Of a DNA stretch of 64,000 bases, positions 61,101 to 64,000 are shown one piece after another. A program made the position numbers and the translations under genes. The notes beneath the pieces are model-generated. The model was not told the DNA's origin, did not search any database, and was given only the letters and a program-made list of their open reading frames with translations. Positions within the stretch are counted from its first letter, which is position 1. Each line of letters begins with the position of its first letter. The stretch comes from Marsupella aquatica. Taxonomy: Eukaryota > Plantae > Marchantiophyta. The stretch covers positions 7,836,234 to 7,900,233 of the forward strand of contig OZ316894.1 in NCBI GenBank assembly GCA_973895155.1, read 5' to 3'.

Positions 61101-64000
61101 GTCTTGGTGTTCTTGGCATTGTTGTAAATCAGTTAAGTTTACAAGAACTAGCCTGACGAAATGGTAAAGTATTGTCAGACAGCAATTCCTGAACGTTTAG
61201 GAAGTATTCACCCAATATAAAAGATGGACAGACGGCTAATTGGATGTTTTAGCGCTGGGACGGATCCATTGTCCCGGACTTTGGGTCACTGAATACAAAG
61301 AGACACATAGGATCCTCGTCATTGTTTTCTTCCTCTCCTTTGTTATCCCATACAACTATTCTTCATGTTTTCTGGAGTCCATGGTGCAGAAGGTGTAGGG
61401 AACGTGTGCAGTTGTCAGTTCTTAGGTCGTGTCTGTATTGGATGCGAAGAAGCTGACAACAATACAATTACCAATTGAGGAATTTGAGCGTACAAGTGGA
61501 ATTAAAACTCATTTGTGTGTTTTGCAGAGTGTCCTTGCTGGAGGTGCAACCGAAGAAGCTGTCTTGCCAGAGTTGTTAGTAGACGTAACCCCGCAAACCC
61601 CATCAGCTGCTTTGTCTCCCACAGCACAAGTTGCTGTATCTCTTCCCATTTCTGCTACACTAGAGGTGTCGGGTGCAGGGATTGCTGATGGAACTCCTCC
61701 GGTTCCTTCACAGAATCGGACAGTGTCCAGTCCAGTATTGCCAGGTTTGGTCCAAGCAGCGCCAAAGACTCCAACCTCATCTGTCCCAACACTGCTGACT
61801 TCTAGTTTCGTGAGTAGAACTAAAGAGGAAGATGGAAGCAATGTGGTTAGGAGCAGAGTTGTTCCCACCATCTCAGAGGGAGCTCTCGGGAAGGCTAGCA
61901 GCATTGGACCAGGACATGGAGCAGGTGGTCTTGGGGCATCATCTCCTGTGCATGCTCCTTTAAATCCGGGTGGAGCAGGGCATGGTTTTGTTGCTGGTCC
62001 AGGAGTGGGGATGAATCCATCTGATAGTACGAAGAGGCCAATAGTAGTGGACGATAGAGTAAGAAATGTACAGCTAGCAATGGCTAGTAGATTACTTGAA
62101 CAGACAGGTGGGAAGCTTGAGCCAAGCGGTTCAGGAGAAGCAGGAACTCTGCCTGATGGAGCAAACCGAGTCTTCAGTCCTCCTATTGGCTCTAGCCAGC
62201 AATGGAGGCCTCATCATCCAGAGGTACGACCTCTCCTTGTTTTGCAGGCCTTTACTCTGTGATAGGCTGGTAGTTTCCAGTTGTTGCCAGTGGGATTTTC
62301 TTCAACTCGAAAGGTCGTATTTGATGTAAGTGAAAAATCCTCTTTTTCTACGGGATACTCATTCTACAGTACATAGGGTGTTGAGAGGTCGGATATGTCT
62401 GTGGGTTGAAAATATTTATTTTATCGCAATTAATAGGATTCTCATGATCTGAGAGAGAGGTGAACGACGAGATCGCGACTAAATTTGAGGCTCCGCGTTG
62501 TGGTTTTAGTTCTTAATGGATAGATCTTGATATATTGCTAATTTGCCTTCTCCAGGGACAATTCCCATACGGTGGGAGAACTGAAGTGGCTCCTGACCTG
62601 AAGCAAAAATTCCTGGAGCGCCTACACCAAGTACAGCAACAAAATCACGGTGGTACATTGCTGAGTCAAAGTCCTGGTTCAAAGCAGAGCAGCAGCCTTC
62701 TACAGCAGGTAGCATGTTACTGGTGTCGTTTGATTGCACGTGTTATATGAGGGTCTTGATGTTATCGAGAACTTCACGGAAGTTTGTTTGCTGTCATGAG
62801 AGAAGTGATACACACAATTATTTGGAAAGGCACCAATTTAATTGATGAGTTGAATGATTCCATATATCTTGTAGCCAGTGAGTACACCTGAAAAGATTAA
62901 GTGACCGAGAATGTACTGTAGGCCCAACAACTGTTGCATCAGCAACAGCAAGTTCCTCTCGTACAACCTTTCCAGTCATCAGCTGCCCAGCAGCAGCAGC
63001 AACAGGGTTTTGTTGGGAAGTCTCCTTCCTCACAGAGTCTATCGTCTCCAAGTTCTCAGGCCAAGCAACAATCATCTCAAAGTCCCCTGCCATCTTCGCC
63101 TGACCTTGGTGCGCTCTCGACCTTACTCATTAAATGTTTGAGGTGTTCTTCATGTGGGCTATTGCAGTACAACGACTTTTCGTGGTAGTAAAGAAGATAG
63201 CTATAGGATTATAAGGAATTATTGGCATAGACTGTTACTCATCAATTGCTTGTCACCATGCTTAAAGGCCGGATGGTAAGCTTTCTACAGTATGTCGGCC
63301 CGAATAGATTGCATCCTCAATACTAAGCTGTCCGTGAGATTTCTAGTGACGGCAAGTGTTTTATGATGAGTTCCCTTAGGCCTGTCAGCTTGTGAAAGTG
63401 TCACGGTATTCAGTGCTACGCTGCGTTACGCAAGGTTTTTAAGTGAGCAATCCCTGTCTTGTGAGCTTGTTAATGAGTGAAAGTGTATAGCTTGCGTTAC
63501 TTCGCAATAATGTAAAATGCACTGGGATTGTCAAAGGTCACTCTGGGAACTGGCTTTTTAACCTCTCCGGGGGGGAATTTATAATCGGGAGCAGTTTGGA
63601 GGCCTGACGCATGATTAGGGCAAATGACTTCATGCTCCATATGTTGTGGCAGGTAGAGGCATGGAGCAGCCAGCACAATTGCCTGATGATAGTCCGGTTG
63701 ACACATCTAGTCTAAATGCGGCATTTCCACACAATGCGTCCCTGATCAGTGACGACGATCTCAAGAATCACGACACTTTTGATGTCCCTGTAAGGACTTC
63801 AGAAATGTTTACTCCATTCAAACGTGCTTTTCTCTTGCTGTGCGGTATTTATCATTTGCAGTATTGCGGGCTGGCCGGCCGCTGAGATAGGAAGCTTGCT
63901 TATCGTCCATACGATAAAGAGTTCAAACGTTGTAGCGTCCATGGACGATAATCGATAACTTTTACAAGCTGTAGAGTTCGTTTGACAGGTTGCAGGACCA
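58165..64000 (+). CDS. NOT3: CCR4-NOT transcription complex subunit 3 (NOT3/CNOT3), 3'-truncated by the window; exons 58165-58257, 58805-58936, 59088-59225, 59579-59629, 60039-60128, 60252-60398, 60741-60866, 61528-62223, 62556-62708, 62922-63108, 63653-63789, 63989->end
   Basis: [31 protein letters not shown]|[44 protein letters not shown]|[41 protein letters not shown].. is the conserved Not3 N-terminal domain; the plant-type motif [22 protein letters not shown] is also present. GT-AG introns. Confidence 0.97.

Overview
Eukaryotic land-plant genomic DNA, most likely a bryophyte (liverwort-like; inferred from gene structure and sequence style, not proven). It has four intron-containing host genes with GT-AG exons traced by eye: a TOM1-like (TOL) VHS-GAT gene (-, 1941-6556), RPS19 (+, 20046-21170), a chalcone-isomerase-fold fatty-acid-binding protein, FAP2-like (-, 39730-43308), and CCR4-NOT subunit NOT3 (+, from 58165, running off the window). 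There are two intronless genes: an NmrA-like NAD(P)-binding protein that looks fungal (-, 24386-25303) and a ZF-HD transcription factor with two zinc-finger modules (-, 34892-35833). The mobile DNA comprises an internally deleted PIF/Harbinger element (11014-13368) nested in MITE-like inverted repeats, an old deleted Ty1/Copia element (27271-~30707) and a young full-length but nonsense-mutated Ty1/Copia element (48207-54668). The most notable observations are (1) an antisense ORF in the old Copia 3' region encoding an RNase H1 hybrid-binding/caulimovirus viroplasmin-type domain, (2) the candidate fungus-to-plant horizontal transfer of the NmrA-like gene, (3) the double-ZF ZF-HD gene, (4) a near-perfect intronic pre-miRNA-like hairpin, and (5) an in-frame TGA exactly at the gag/protease junction of the young Copia. 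No database searches were run; family calls rest on motif recognition.
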